Counted from the first letter of the whole stretch, positions 36,018-51,550 are shown. The stretch: DNA of 54,637 nt, filler included, from Bipalium vagum (GCA_037834085.1; 3 parts of 3 records of this genome joined end to end with filler, not necessarily neighbours in it), one strand, 5' to 3'. Translations and numbers: made by a program. The notes: generated by a model from the letters alone, not told the origin.

Positions 36018-38077
36018 CTTATGAAATATGAATATGAAAATATTTTAAATATTTGTTTATAATATCAATATCAACCAATAATATCCAATTATCAATATTA
36101 AAAGTAAATTCAATTCATAAATAATTTTCTAATAAACATATGTCACTTAATAATTGGACTTAATCAATAAACAATTAATCTAAAAAATGTTTATTTTATT
36201 ATTTATAATATTTAACAGATTTATTTAATTTATTTCTTATTCAAAAAGAACGAATTCTAATACACCAATACCATTAAAAAGGTTTTATATTGTACTATGA
36301 ATTTTTTCTGTCAGACTAAAGTGAAAAAAATTAATTTTCACTATTTTATTTTTGTAATCGGTTTAAAAAAAGAAATCTTCTTTTCTAATATTCATCTACA
36401 ATTAGATTTCCCACTTTTTAATTAATTAAGATTAAAAATATTTATTTATATTTTATTTGGTATTACTTTGTATTTTGATAACGTTTCAAAAATAAGAAAT
36501 ATTTTTATCCATTTAAGAAATGAATTTTGAAAAATAAAGAGTTAAACAACGAAGCCTTTTTTGGAGATCAAAATATTGTTAATCCCTGATAAAAATAAAT
36601 AATAATAATAATAATCATTTTATATAATCTGGAACCAGAAAAATATTGCGTTTTGCAATGTGGGAGAAGTAGATATATGACATTATAGCATAAAATGATG
36701 AAAGAATTGATTTAACTATGATTGACTTTTATAATTGAGACATTTTATAAGACGTTTACGAATGTATGTGGGATGTGGTTTTGCTTCATTTCTTTGGTGT
36801 TCGGATAAGAATACTTATATGAATTAAAACGAGGTTTTAATATTGAAATCAGTGCTCAGCTCGAAAGGAATGTTTATGTATTACATGTATTTGTTATCAT
36901 TATTTGCTTAAAGACCAGATTAATGAAATCCTTATGAACTTCAATTTATGAACAACGGATTTATCTTCAAAGAGAAAAAGCCCGATCAATTTTACGTTTG
37001 TTAAATAATGATTAAAATGTATGGATTATAATAATCTCAAATCAAAACGGATTTCAGAGTAAGAAAGTTTGAAGCTTCACAAATGATATTCTTTGTAGAG
37101 ATAATTTAAAATGAGATTGTACTTTCAGTCTGTTGGGTTTACTAAGATTTGAAATATTGCACAATAAATGCTGATGTTTATATTCAACAATTAGCCAAAC
37201 TGTGAAAAAAAGAAATTAAGGAAAACCTACCAAAATTGGTTTAGCACTGATTTAAATATTGATTAATAATAATAATTAATAAAATAATAATTATTGATAA
37301 TAATGATTTAAATAAGAATCGAGAAATAGATATTTTCAATTTTCAAAACTTGGCGATTTTTTAAAAAAATATTTTTTACTTATTTTGGTTTATTTGATTT
37401 TTTTTAGTTTTAAATTGAAAGCTAAAATCATCTTCAAAATTTTTTAATTAACCATTATATATTTTATTTTATTGGATATTTTTAATTTATTTTTCCCTAA
37501 AATCGTGTTAAACAAAAAGACACCGCATATCCTTAAGATCTTTGAGTCTGACATATTTTCATATTGTTTTTCTTCCTTCTCGAAATCTTGAAGTTCCTCT
37601 CAATCTGGAAACGAAAGATCCCAATTTCAATGATCGTATTCATAAGTAATCAAAGATGTGACAAGTTTTGTAACACGTTTTGCTACCTTAAAACTAAAGA
37701 AAGAATGTATAAATAAATATGTAGAAATATTTATAATATTTCATATTATTCGAATTATTTTTTATTTTATTTTATTATTTTTATTATTATTTTATTTTAA
37801 AATATTTCCATAAAAAATAATAATTTTAAAACCACATTTAAAAAATCTTAATAAAATAAAACTGGTCCTAAAAATTTAATATAATTTTTATTAGTTATTG
37901 AAATCAATAAGAAACAAATTTTTTATTTAAATTCTTCCGACATGGATCGATAAAATTATTATTGATATTTTTTCAATTCAATATTTTACAAAAATATTTT
38001 TTATTATTCTAAAATTTAATTTAAAAATATTTAATTTGTCTTTTAAAACTTTGTAATTTATATATTAAATTATTTTA

Positions 38078-38146
<69 letters not shown>
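38078..38146. repeat. (AAT)n microsatellite abutting a gap
   Basis: Perfect AAT run of about 23 units. Confidence 0.95.
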
Positions 38147-38246
38147 NNNNNNNNNNNNNNNNNNNNNNNNNNNNNNNNNNNNNNNNNNNNTTAATTAATT
38201 AANNNNNNNNNNNNNNNNNNNNNNNNNNNNNNNNNNNNNNNNNNNN
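38147..38246. other. Artificial 100-bp contig join with six-frame stop linker
   Basis: N44-TTAATTAATTAA-N44. Confidence 0.95.
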
Positions 38247-39830
38247 AACTGTTATTTAATTTTTACGGGAATATGGTTCTGAAATATCAACTAAATATTA
38301 ATGGAAAATTTTCTTTTTGGGAGTGATTAAAATTTTTCCCTAGTTTTGATTGGTTGACTTTTTTCCATTTTTCACTATCAACAAAACTTTAAATTTTTGG
38401 TAGTAACTGAAATATCCCATTTTATTATATCACTTTATTATTTTTATTTACGAACAGACTTGAAAATACTTTCTGTTTTGGATTTTCATACAGTGATATG
38501 TTATCTTCGTTGATTTGGTATGATTTATATTTGGATTTTTATACAATTATATGTAGATATGGTTACCAAACTTCATTCAAACGTTAAAACTTTCTTATAA
38601 AATGATAATATCATTTTTTTCATAATCTATAATATGTAAGAAAATGTCCAATGTGAAGTTTTTCAAAAACCGAAGAATTAGAGAGAAATAAAAAAAATGC
38701 CTTTGTTAACTATTTCAATGAAACCCTTTTAAGAAATTGATAAGATATGCTTAAACCTTCTTTGGCCACATATCCTTTTCATCATTGAAAAATGCAGATT
38801 TTTTGAGACTTTCTTTAATTTTAATACTATTTCATATCGACATAATATGATAAAAACATCCATTTATTTTTATGTCTGCTTTATATTATAGAAAAACCCT
38901 TTTCCATTTAATCTCAATAAAAAATCAATATTGCCAGACAGATAAATAGGAATTGTTTGATTTATGTTTTATAATATTTAAAATAAATATGTTTGATATT
39001 TAATAAATAGTTTTGAATGACCTTCAAAACTCGATATATTATAACAGCTGAGCGTTAGGGCAAGACTTTCAACTTTTGAGATTTTCGTTTTTCATTGATT
39101 GATCTTATTATTTTCTTTGATTTTTTTCTCAATATCTGTTTTGTCAAATATTTAAAATAAATAATAATTAACATTTTATAATTTTACAAATCTTTAAAAT
39201 AGAATTTCTAAAACTATTATTAAAATATAATAAATAAAAATTAATTTTAATATAATTATCAGAAATATAAATTGCATAATATTGATATTAAATATTAACA
39301 AATAATGAAATTATATTTTTATTAATTAATAAATTAATTAGGCTCAAATCTTAATTATAAATGAAAAATGTCTATAATTTTATTTATCAAAATGTGAAAT
39401 GTAAGTGGTAAATTTTTAAAATATTTTAGTCACGATTTTTCAAATTTTCATTTTTGTTTAAATCTATAAAAAATTAAATATGGACAAATTCACATTTTAT
39501 GCCTGAAAAAAATTAGAAATTAAAACATGACTTTCATTGGTGAATAAATTTTAAAATAAAATTAGACAATTTAATTTTAAAAATATTTATACTATTTAAT
39601 GAATTTTTATGCAAATTTATTTAATTTAACTTGATAAATGATCTTAAGTTTTTTGTAAATTTTAATTTTTGGAATATGAATTGATGAAAATTCAATAATC
39701 AATGATTTTATATTTCCTCCTCATATTAATATTCTATCTGTTTTGTTTTACTACTATGGTTTCTTTCATATTACGTCGCAAATAAATATTTTTTTTCAGA
39801 TTTTTGTTTAACCCATACCTTTCCTTATAT

Positions 39831-40851
39831 TATGGTGGGTCAAAAGGCTTTTCCCATAATGTTATCGATATCTTAGTTTAAATATTTCATATGGATAATA
39901 AATAAATCAATACATTTGAATAAATCAACTTCAAAGTTTAAATAAAGAATTTATTTATTTTCAGTTAGTAATCAATCAGTTAGTTTTCAGTGAGTTTCAG
40001 AAAAATCAACAATTCAAATGACGTCAAAACAGACGTCAATTCCAAGGTGGCAACTGAAAAGTTATGTTCTGTAGAAGGTAATTCAGTGTTTGATAGACTC
40101 ACAGAGTTCAGTTGGTTTAAAAGCTTCAACGAAGAAGACTTGTTAATATTGCCTTTACAGGTAATAGTTTCACATAAAAGTTTGAGAAGTTTAACAGCAC
40201 AACTTGGACAAGTCAAATATAATATAAATAGACTTTTAAAGAAGCTTGGGTTTTCCAGAAGAGTTCGAAAAGAAGATCTACTTGAATTAAGAAAAAGATC
40301 ATGACTAGTAATGAGAAATGGATATTCCTCCACAATTATGACAGGAGAACTCAATGGTCATCGGCTGGCCAAAAAAGAAACGATTTTGAAAAAGGATTCA
40401 GTTAATGGTACGATGAAACTATTAAGAAAATTGTCCACTTTAAGCTGGTTCATAGAAGTGATTCATACTTAATTGTACGCTGAGGTATCTACACTTTAAA
40501 CAAATTTAAACAGAAAACCCGCTCTGTTCCAACATGATAATACTCCTAAGCATCGACATCTTTTGATCACAGCTCGAATTCAGAAAATGCAATTGCCTTC
40601 ACATCCACCACTCGTTTTATGGCTGTATTTATTCGGGATTGACACTTTGAAACAGTGAAAAATATCGAAAATACTTTCAGTGAATTTATAACTCCATAAC
40701 CAAAAAGTGGTATTTTCATCAGATTGGACAATTAACAGAGAGATGGTTTAATGTCATTGAAAACAAAGGATTATATTTCAAAAATTAATCATCTTTTGTT
40801 CTTTTAAATTAATTTTGTGTTATGGGATAAGTCTTTTGATACATACTTATA
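39831..40851 (+). mobile_element. Internally deleted mariner with both TIRs
   Basis: TIRs ..TCAAAAGGCTTTTCCCATA / TATGGGATAAGTCTTTTGA..; motifs SWFKSF, SLRSLTAQLG..LKKLGF, LFQHDNTPKH, VIENKGLYF. Confidence 0.8.
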
Positions 40852-42919
40852 GTTGAAAACTTTGTTCATTCTGTTGTAATCTTCTCCAAATCACTACTAA
40901 AGTCAGTACTTAGTTCATCCTATAAAAACCTTTTCAATACTTTCTTCAAACCGATATTGAATATGCTCTTATTTGTAATGCAATGTTGGATTTTTCGTTG
41001 TTTGAGTTATTAAAATAAAATGATTTTTCTTCGGTCACAAGTTTTCCAAACACATATTCAACCAATTTTCGCTTCTTTCAGTCGATTCTATATCTCGGTA
41101 AAATAAATCATTAATATTAAGAATTTAATAATATAGATAATAATAATAATAAATAAATAAATAAAATAATAATCATAATATTTAAAGATTCCAGATATTT
41201 ATTTCATGGATTTTAAATGAGTTTGAACATTGAGCTAAGATTTTAAATGAAGAAATCCATTTTCCATGGATTTTTCACCTTTGCAGTGTATAGTTCTTGA
41301 TGGCTTACATATTTGTTAAAATTAAAAATTGTAAAAGTTCTCAAGTTAATGCAGCCCCCGATAATATTAAAATACAGCAATCTATTCATGTGACAGTATA
41401 AAAAAAGTTAATAATTTTTAATAAGAATATAATAAAAAATGAAATTACAATATGACGAAAACTATTCATTATTTAAAAAAAAACTTTTTATTGTAATTCA
41501 GGATTATGATGGTTTCTGATAATAATCATGGAAAAACCAAAATGTCAAAAAAATTTCAAAATAATTATGGAGAAAAAATTAATTTTCATATTAATTTCAA
41601 TATTTAATGACACGAAAACATTATTTTTCCATTTATATTTTCAATTTATGAGATTAATTTGCTTTCATAAAAGATATTTTCTTTATTATGTAAAATTTAT
41701 ATTTTTCCTTTTGTAAATCTGAAAAACTGGTCCTTTCAGTAATTTTTATTACAACGAAAAAAGATTTTCTTGGATATAATAGATAAAATGATTTTTCCTA
41801 GAAAATCTCTTTTTATTGATTTTTTAACATATTTTTTTTATGAAATATTTATTCCCTAATTCTATAATATTTTTACAGATATATATATATACAAATATAT
41901 ATGAAGATAGAGAGAATCGTTCTCTAATAGTCTGTTTATAATAAAATATTTGTGATAATCAGTTTATTTTGTAGGGCTTTTGGTCTAATGAATATACATC
42001 TTAAGATTATTTATAATTCCGTATTTTGCACCACTGGAATTATTGATAAATAATTAATACTTTCTAAGGAGATTTTTTCGGAAAAGTAATTTATTCCTAT
42101 TGTAGATCTTAAATTTTAATTAAGAATAATAATGAATCTTCAATTCAAAGTATAAACAAATCTTTTTTGTTCTTGTAAAAGATAATGATTTATATTCTTT
42201 TATATTTCTTCTAACTTATAATTAAATTTGATATCATATTTGATAGTGCAATGCTTTTAAATTTCCAACATCCTCTTTAACAATGATGAATATGTTAAAT
42301 AAATATAAATTATTGTGTAAATATATAAATTATTATTGTATATTTTATTTTTATTATTATATATATTGAATGTTAACAAAATTTCAATTTTTCAAAGCTT
42401 TTACGGATTTTAATTATACATCAAATAAAAAAGTAATAATCAACAAAAGATATGACTTTAACCATGAGAATTTGAATTGGTAAGTTTTATTTAAAAAAAA
42501 ATAGCTATAATGTTCATCAGTTTTCTCTCAGCCAATCGGAATTTTCCAAAAAATTATCAAACCATCAGATTTTCAAATCGTTATTTTTTTAAATTTATTG
42601 ATTTAATTTTACTAATTCTTTAAACATATAATTGTTAAATTTAGTTATTTAACCTTTTATATTATTATATCTTTATATATTATACCTGTATCAAAATATT
42701 TCTTTTATATTTTATTTTTATTATTTAAATAAAGAATGGAAAATAAATAAGTTCCATTGAATGACTATGACTTAAAAGTAAAATAAAACATTTCTTTTTA
42801 CTGATCTAATTTCGATTAATAGATCAATGACTTAGTAGACCTAAACTGAGAATAACGTGAAATAATGCATAAATATATAAAATAAATATCAAGGAAACAA
42901 ACCATAGGCAAAAAACATG

Positions 42920-43487
42920 TTTGCCACAAAATCCTGACACTGCTAAATTTACAGACCAATTTTAACTCCCTCCTTATAATATTCTGGCTTTAACTCATAA
43001 ATCAGTTGTATTTTATAAGATTTCAACTTCTGATCTTTCAAAACTATTTGAATCGAGATTGGTAGAATATTATTTTCCGCGGATAATCTTTGAATGAACT
43101 TTTTACCGTCATGATCATCCAATGCATCTTTAATAACATTTTTAAGTCCATTGACCAAAGAAACCATATCATGAGGTACATTGAGTACACTGCTGGCTGT
43201 CTCAAATTTCCGAATAAGTTTGGTTACTGCTGAACAGGTTCATGGGTTTTTGAATAAATTTCTTTCCCTCTTGATTTGCCTAATGTTGTTGAAAAGTTTG
43301 AATTTGCAAAATAACATCGAATGATGTCAATTTTCAAATCGATATTCATATTTTTTAAAAATATATTATTGAAACAAAATCTACTTTAATCAATTTAAAT
43401 TTAATGTTTTTAAAATAAATAAAATATGGTTTGCAAAAACAATTGAAAGTCAAAATAACTTTTTCCTTATTTTTGGAACAACCTGTG
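42920..43487 (-). mobile_element. rosa (DD41D)-like Tc1/mariner element, 5' half
   Basis: End CAGGTTGTTCCAAAAATAAGG; MNIDLKIDIIRCYF, KLIRKFETASSV, LKSYKIQLIYELKP. The catalytic triad is absent, so the subfamily is inferred. Confidence 0.6.
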
Positions 43488-44734
43488 TAATAATATATAA
43501 TACAAATTTCATTCTATTAATTTAAAATTCCCAGGGCTTAACTAAATTAATTTGAATAATTCAGATTTTGGATAACATTAATGAATTATTAAAAATCTTA
43601 CAATTATGGATTATAAACCGATACATGACAATTGTATAAAGGTCTATGTAGTTACAGAACTATAAATAGAAATAACTGGATTTATGATTTTAAATGTATT
43701 TATAATATTTTTTACTGGTTGCATCACTTAAGAGTGATTACTTTGATGATAATTAAGAGATTGTTTTAATTATTACACTTTTTAACAGATCACATAACCA
43801 TTTAAGGTTCCACAGGTTCGAATAAGAATAATAATATTAGTATCTGAACTGCAGAAATGATGTATTTTTATGAACCTTGTATCTTATAGATAAAGATGGT
43901 CAATATCAAATATGTGTTACGACAAATTGAAGAAACTTGACAAAAACACCAATTTCCTTTTATTAATAAAAATATTTAACATTGAATTATATCAATAGTC
44001 AAAAAGTACATTATTCTTAGAAAAGCTTCCATATCCAATTATAAAGACTGGATTCGTATGAAAAGTTCCGAGTCTGCTGAAAAAGACAAACTGAAATATA
44101 AATAAAGGAAGAATTTAAGAAACCTTTCCAGAATTTGGAGATATAATCTAAATTATTTTTGGGGAGATGAAAGAATTTTCAAAGTAAAATGTAGACAAAA
44201 ATATTTCTTCATTACTTCAATCGATTTAAAATGAAAAATTTATAACAAACAATAAAAGACTTCTTTTTTACCAATACCGAAATGGTAAATTGAAGGAAGA
44301 CTTTACAGAGTTTGATCTCAACAATCATTAGCACTGTTGCCATATAACCGAAGTGATATTTTCACTAATAATGGCAAATCAAAATAGCAACGACTTCATT
44401 TTGAAATAATTCAATAATTAAATAAAATTCTAAATTGATTAATCCGATTATGATTTTATATTTGGAAAAATATTTACCTTGAAAGATGAAGTAAAATCGT
44501 CTGAGCAGGAAATCGAATTTCCAATTAAGAAATTATATCGTAAATAAATAAAAATATATCGCACAGCTCCAGTTTAAAATCTCCCAGCTCAACAATAAAA
44601 TATATAATTTTATTAATTTGACATGTTTTTATTTATTTTTCTCTTATTCAAAATCGAACTCCTTTTTCCGCAGTGAGACATTTTAATTTATATAATTACT
44701 TTATTTATATTAAAAACATGTTTGGAGTTTTTAT

Positions 44735-45330
44735 TTTTAAGTTATCCGAAAAGTTTTCGATTCGAACGCAGTAAAGAATTTTATTGGTATGTATGAGTGC
44801 TATGAACAGTAAATGTGTCTTTACTGCTTATTATTTCTATGTTGCGAACATCGAAGTGAATGTTCGAAGCATATTTGAAATTATTAAATCGAAAAGATAA
44901 AATAAATTCAAAAAATTTCAACTCTGTGCAGCTTATGAGGAAAACAATGAAATGGAACACACTTACGAGATATAATTTAGAAAAATTTGTTTTGGAAATG
45001 TTTTATTTTAATATATATGCGCTCATCAGCCAATGAGAATTAATAAAGACCTTAATTGAAACTGACCGATACATTATCATCTGTGAGATCGCAAAGAAGT
45101 GAAATTGATCCAGAACAACAATAATGATCAATTGAAAAGCCTGGAATGTATATAAAAAAATCTTCAAATTGGGGTTTCACAAAATTTCATTTTACTCAGC
45201 CAATCTAAATTTATAACTTGTATTTCATACTTATCCAAATCAGTCAGTTTTTGAAACCATGATAACTGGTGATGAAAAATTGATTATTTACAATGAAGGT
45301 CAACATATGAGATGATGATCTAAGTCTGCT
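44735..45330 (+). mobile_element. Decayed mariner element, 5' part
   Basis: TIR-like GTTATCCGAAAAGTT; LCAAYEE, CEIAK, ITGDEK.IIYN. Confidence 0.6.
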
Positions 45331-48129
45331 AAGTAAACATAAACAATATCATATCTGTAATACCTGATATGAATCAATCAGCTACGACAGAACACATTAC
45401 CATAATTCATTGGTCGCTTATTACTAATTATTATTCTTATAGTCAATATATTTTAAAATTATATTATTTAGGTAAATGACCTAGTTTGCTTAATTTAAAA
45501 ATAAAAACATATTTAAAATTAAAAATATTGAAAAAACAATTTTAATTAAACTATCTATACTCCAATGAAAATTATTATTATTTAATTAATATAATAAGGT
45601 GAACAGAATATAATTAATTATAAATTTGAGTGACTTTAATTATAATTATTTTATGTATTTATAGTGCAACTTTTAAATGATTCACTTTTAAAAAATATAA
45701 TAGTAATATTTTATATCAATAATAATGACATTTATTATAAATATCTGTATCCATGTATTCAAGAATCAATTAATTAATGTTGATAACATTAATACTAATT
45801 ATACTGATTATACTTAGAAATGTTATTTTGATAATAATTAATTAATCAATTAATTAGTATTTAATTTATTCGTCTATTTAATCCAATTAGAATAATTCAG
45901 ATATCAATTAACAAATTAAAATGGAATAATATGATAATGGGTTTTTATGGGGTATATAAAATACAGCTTTCTTCACTCAATTATAATAAAAAAGAATCAT
46001 TTTTTATTTAAAAATAATATAATATAAATTTAAGTGAAATAAATTAGTTTCTCAATTTCTTTTACACTTTATACCACCAGACATAATTTTTGATATTTAT
46101 ATTATTAATTTATTAAATTTTATATAAATATTAAATTCTATATCCACAGTTCATTATCTGTTTTACAATGAAGCAGTGTCTTTTTTTATTAAATTTTAGA
46201 GAACGCTAAGGAATTAAGTGATTGCTAAAAATCAATATTTCCATTTTAATTTTGTTTAAACTCAACAAGAAGTACTTATATAAATTTTAGCATATTTAAA
46301 ATTTATAATAAATTCAATACTTAATCATTGATAATTTTGAATAAATGTTAATTCTAAATAATAAATAATAATTTTTAAAAAATTTAAATAAATCCAAAGG
46401 AAAATCAAAATAATGAACATCATTGTGTTTTTTAATATTAAATTTTAAATATATAAATAATAAAAAAATAATATTTCATAATATTTTTTATTATTTACAG
46501 AATTAGATATTAATTTTAAATCAATAATTTTCTTTTACATTTTATTAAAATGCTGAAATTTACTTTATTTCACTAATTTTATCAACGATTAGATAAGTTA
46601 ATTAGGACGTTTTTATCACTAAAATCAAATCAATATTAATCTTTTAATATTTGGATTGTTTTAAACAATTAAAATCTATTTGAAAATTTTCAAAAACATT
46701 CCAAGAAAAAGAAAATAAATAAATCATATAAAATAGTTCAGTAAAATTTTAAACAATAATATAAAAAGAGAAAAATATTTTTCTATAAATTATGTTCAAA
46801 TAATTTCAAAAAAATAAAGCATTTATAAATATATTGATTTATTTAAGTCCTATCAAAGGTCTTCTCATATGAATTAAAATGTTAGCCCGTGAAAATATTT
46901 AAGTATTATATAACTAAGTATTCGTCTGTAATTATGTAAACTTATGAGTAACTTCGTGAGTGCACTATTAATCATCTGTCATCCTATGTTTAGAGATATA
47001 GAAGTTAAAAGTGTAAAAGTCTGTTTCCTTTTTTAAACATGTCTTCGAAATGATACGAAGGCTAAAGAATATTACCACTTAATATTCAACGACTCAGTGT
47101 TCCTTAGTACCATTTACCGATACCATTCAAACTTCAATTTGGACAACACATTTCTTTAGAAGAAACTAACAGATCCAGAATAACTATCGTAATTCTGTAG
47201 TTTATAAATGGGAGAAGTATAATAAATATTTTATTATTAACAAAAGAAAATTATTAATACAATGTTTTTATATATTTACTGAAAATTTTATATTTAATAT
47301 TATATTACAATATATTATATTATATTATTATAAATTAATATTACTATCAATATTTATTTTCAAATATAAATGAGGGTTATTGATTTTATTTAAGTAATAC
47401 TTTTTTCTCCTCAAGGAAATATAAATTTTCCTAAAAAGAATTTTAATAAAATGCATAATTAGATTTCTTATAAAATGAAAATTGAAACCCAAATTTTGTT
47501 ATTTGCAAAATTTCCCAAACTGAATCCAAAAACTAATGTAAATCGATCCAGAGAAAAGAAGGCCAAAATTGCTCTGTGTAACCCTTTAATGTAAAGGAAT
47601 CATCAAAGTTAATTATATCCGATTAAATTAGTGTTATGTTAGAAGTATTATTTTCTTTTCTGAAAGTGGCTCTTATTTTGAATATTTTTTTATTTTGTTC
47701 TTCAGTTCTAGATTAATAATTATCATTAATTTATTCAAATTTGATTAGTTAATTAATTAATTGTTCATTAATTGTTTTAGTTAATGTTTAATCATAATTT
47801 TTCGTTTTTTCTCATTTTATACTAATCGTGATTAGCATAGGTAATCGACATTTGCCAATTTCCTTAAATTTTATAATAATTTTATTATTATTATTATTTA
47901 TAAATATAAAATAATAAAATTCATATTTTAAATGCTTTACTTAACGGATGGAAATTACTTTCAATTGGTTTTTTTATTATTTTCAATACAACCTGACAAG
48001 ATAAACTGATTGATAATGATTATTGTAAATAATTTCGCTAATTATAACATTATTGATCATCGATTGAAGTGTCGAAAGAAGACAATGGATCACTGAGATT
48101 TTTACAAGGACCGCCATTAGAGATTGGTT

Positions 48130-48240
48130 TAATAGCTGAAAATTATTATCCCTACTTCAACATATGACAGTGTGAATAGGTACGTTGTTGAAGAACGTTA
48201 TTATGCTTTGAGAAGAACTGTAATCCATTCTTTGTAAAGT
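48130..48240 (+). mobile_element. Possible hAT transposase C-terminal (dimerisation) remnant
   Basis: LKIIIPTST...ERYYALRR resembles L.IP.TS...ER.FS.LR. Confidence 0.3.
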
Positions 48241-48295
48241 CATCTAAGGATAAAATCAATATAATTAATGATATCTGAAGTGTGAAGTTGTTATT

Positions 48296-48487
48296 NNNNN
48301 NNNNNNNNNNNNNNNNNNNNNNNNNNNNNNNNNNNNNNNNNNNNNNNNNNNNNNNNNNNNNNNNNNNNNNNNNNNNNNNNNNNNNNNNNNNNNNNNNNNN
48401 NNNNNNNNNNNNNNNNNNNNNNNNNNNNNNNNNNNNNNNNNNNNNNNNNNNNNNNNNNNNNNNNNNNNNNNNNNNNNNNNNNNNNNN
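48296..48487. other. Assembly gap
   Basis: N run. Confidence 0.99.
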
Positions 48488-49065
48488 TTGATATCAAAGA
48501 AATGAAGTGTTTCAAATTTTCTTCAGAAAATTGTTGTTGAATCTGACTTTTGGGCATAGCAATTAAGAAATTTTATCGGTCTAATTGTTTTTTCAAGTGG
48601 ATAATGTCTACATAAACAAAAACAACCCGCTCTGAAACGTCTGTACGAAAAATTAAAAAAAGAATTATAAAATATGAAAGTTTTTTTTTGGCAGTAAAAT
48701 GTTATGGATTTTTCAGAATTTTATTATATTTAACATTAAAAAATAAAATCCATTTTACGAAATCTTTCACTAACATCAAAAAGCAGTCAATAATAAGATA
48801 ATAAAAGTCGTACAGATATTTAGGTAAATATTTATCTTAATTCCATGTATAAAATATTATTTATTAACAATTTATTGTATAGAGGTTTTTGGTGGGTTCA
48901 CATATTTTTCAATATTATTATTATTACTACTATTATTTGGCTATAATCGATTTTAAGTTTTTATTACTTAATAAAATCAAACATTATTATTTTATATATT
49001 TATAAATTTATATAATATTTATTTTAATTATGCATTTATAAATTATTAATTTGTATGTTTTTATA

Positions 49066-49809
49066 CAGTAATTTAGCAACTATAAGACGGTCTGGCTTTT
49101 AGTTATCAAATCCTTACACATAAAATAGTCCCTATATATAAGGCGGCATTAAAAATTTTTGTTTCATTATAAATTTGTTTTAAATTAGTAATTAATATTT
49201 TATTAAGAATTTTAAAAATGTCACAAAACACATATCAATAATGAAATTAAGGAAATGATTCAAAATATTCAAAACTATTTGTAATTCTCGAAGGCTTAAC
49301 AACGTGCTTGCAGCCATTAGATATAACCGTTAAAAAATCTTTCAAATTATTAATGAAAAAAGAATAATAAAATTAGATAATAAAAGGGGACCATACGTTT
49401 ACGAAAAGTAATCAAATGAGACGTGCAACATACGTTGATGTATGCACTTTGATTGTTAATTGTTGGGAAAAAATACTTTCGAGTGCATTCAAAATGGTTT
49501 TAAACGCGAAAAATTAGACATTTATGATAATGAAGACTTTGAAATTGATAATGGCAATACTGAAAGTGAAACGGAAACGGAATTAGAATTAAATGATCAT
49601 ATTGAACATGCCAGTGAAAATATGCTCCTATCTTAAAATCATTTCATGTGGTATCTGTGGATGAATATTTTTGTGGTTTTTAAATAAATTTTCTTATCTT
49701 GGTAATGAAATTTTTCATTTTATCTTCTATATATAAAACGGTTTAAAAAATTCAAAATATTATGGTTTTAAATTTTTATAAGACGCGTCCTATAGTCACT
49801 AAAATACTG
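49066..49809 (+). mobile_element. Non-autonomous pogo element with both TIRs and TA target duplication
   Basis: TA|CAGTAATTTAGCAACTATAAGACG ... CGTCCTATAGTCACTAAAATACTG|TA; GLTTCLQPLDITVKKSFK, HTFTKSNQMRRATY, acidic tail. Confidence 0.88.
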
Positions 49810-49900
49810 TATTTCTTTATATAAAAAATTTAATTTTTAGAAAACTTCAGTGGTTATCAAATTTTATGAAAATGTATTTTAATGTGCATAAAAAATATTA

Positions 49901-50570
49901 CCGTATTTTTGAGCAAAAAACCCACTGGTTATAAGAACATTTTGCATATTCCGCAGAGGATGTGCGCGCTATAATAGTTTTTAAAAAGACATTCAAGCAT
50001 GGAAAACTGTTCCTTAATAACTATGAGAGAAGACAAATAAGAAAATATTATATCATAACCAATAAAAAAAACTTTGAAAAAGTTGACAATCACTTTAATA
50101 TATTTTAGCAACAAATTTATATTTCAAATAACTTCAGTAGCTTCAAAATTTTGGAACAAAAAAATGTTGTCGGACCTCAGGTAAACATTTTGCCTAACTA
50201 GTCCGTCCTTCTTAACCTGTCTCTAATTTTATTCCAATTAAAGCATCAATTATCCATATAAAAATTTCAACATAGGTTGTTTTTTTTTGTCTTCCATATG
50301 GGTTTGAAGAATGCGCACCATTTTTCATCCAATTATCCTAGACAGCTCGTATGAATGACTTAAATGGGTGATTAATTGCGATATCTAGGGCTTGAAGTTT
50401 GAAAGTTAATCTACCAGGAATTACTTTCAAATGTGCAACAGCTACATTTAATGCTGCTTGGACTTCACTTTCTTTGTGTGTTGTAATGGAATCTACTACT
50501 AATAAAGATTTAGGTGAGAAAAATCCTCCAGATCGTACTCTGAACATTTGGATATCCACAATTAATAATC
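49901..50570 (-). mobile_element. pogo element, 3' part
   Basis: TIR TA|CCGTATTTTT; LLVVDSITTH, VIPGRLTFKLQALDIAINHPFKSFIR. Confidence 0.85.
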
Positions 50571-51550
50571 AATTAGTATTTATTATGTAATTTAAATGTG
50601 GAATTTGAGGGTACAGGTTATATAAGACTTTTTACACAAACCAATAAGATGTATTGGAATTATAAGGGAGCAGGTTACATGTGTGTGTGCGGATTTCTTG
50701 AGGAAAAATAATATGTATATGTAGTTCAGAATTATGTACCAGATAACATAATTCAAAATTGGGTATTAATCGAAATTTAAATAATTTATGATTAGGTAAC
50801 ATGCATAAATTAAATATATTACTTAAATACTTTAATTAAATCAGAAAACCAAAGGTCCAGAACTCCCGAGTTTTATGTTACCAACATTGATAAACTTATT
50901 TCTCAATACCAAATACTTCTGATTCTAACGTTATTACTTTTCTTTACAAAAGTTCTTTTGAATTGACTCATGATTGATTAAACATAAGATAGAAAAAATG
51001 ACATTTCATATTGAACAACGTAACAGATTATTATTCTTATTATCCTTAGTCATTGACATAAAATATTAATATAAAATAAAAATATTATTATTAAGTTATT
51101 ATTATATATATTATTAAATTTGATAAACAAGAATATTTCAGGCAGAACAGTTAAGATTGTTCCGCAAACATGAAATACTGAAAGAATATAATATGATAAC
51201 ATTTTTTCTTAATTAAAGAGATCTCATGAAAACTGATAGAAAACTCATTATGATCATTACCAATGTTATTAATATATCATTAAAATAACAAGAATTGTGA
51301 TGTCGTATGATAAAAGAACGGTAATACTGCAGAAAGATTATCAATTTAGTGTAAAATAACTCATTAATATTTACATTTAAGCACGGAAAGAGAAAAGGGA
51401 AAACATCAGAGCATTGTAAAAATGGATTGGGATGCGATTGAACATGAGAGGCTTTAATAAGAGATTTGATTTGATTTTAGAAAAACCATCAATAATTTAG
51501 AATATATAAAATAATTGCCGACTCGAGTTGGTTTTTATTTATTTTTCCAG

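Noticed and set aside
37510-37690. Possible TGA=Trp nuclear code: several exon-like patches (here, and near 10370, 13560, 14995, 52270 and 52547) are interrupted only by TGA
   Set aside because: These patches are TA-poor, so several frames on both strands show mainly TGA stops. The two confident exons contain no TGA, and the well-preserved TEs and the 225-aa ORF use TGG. Codon-reassignment inference on conserved genes would settle it.
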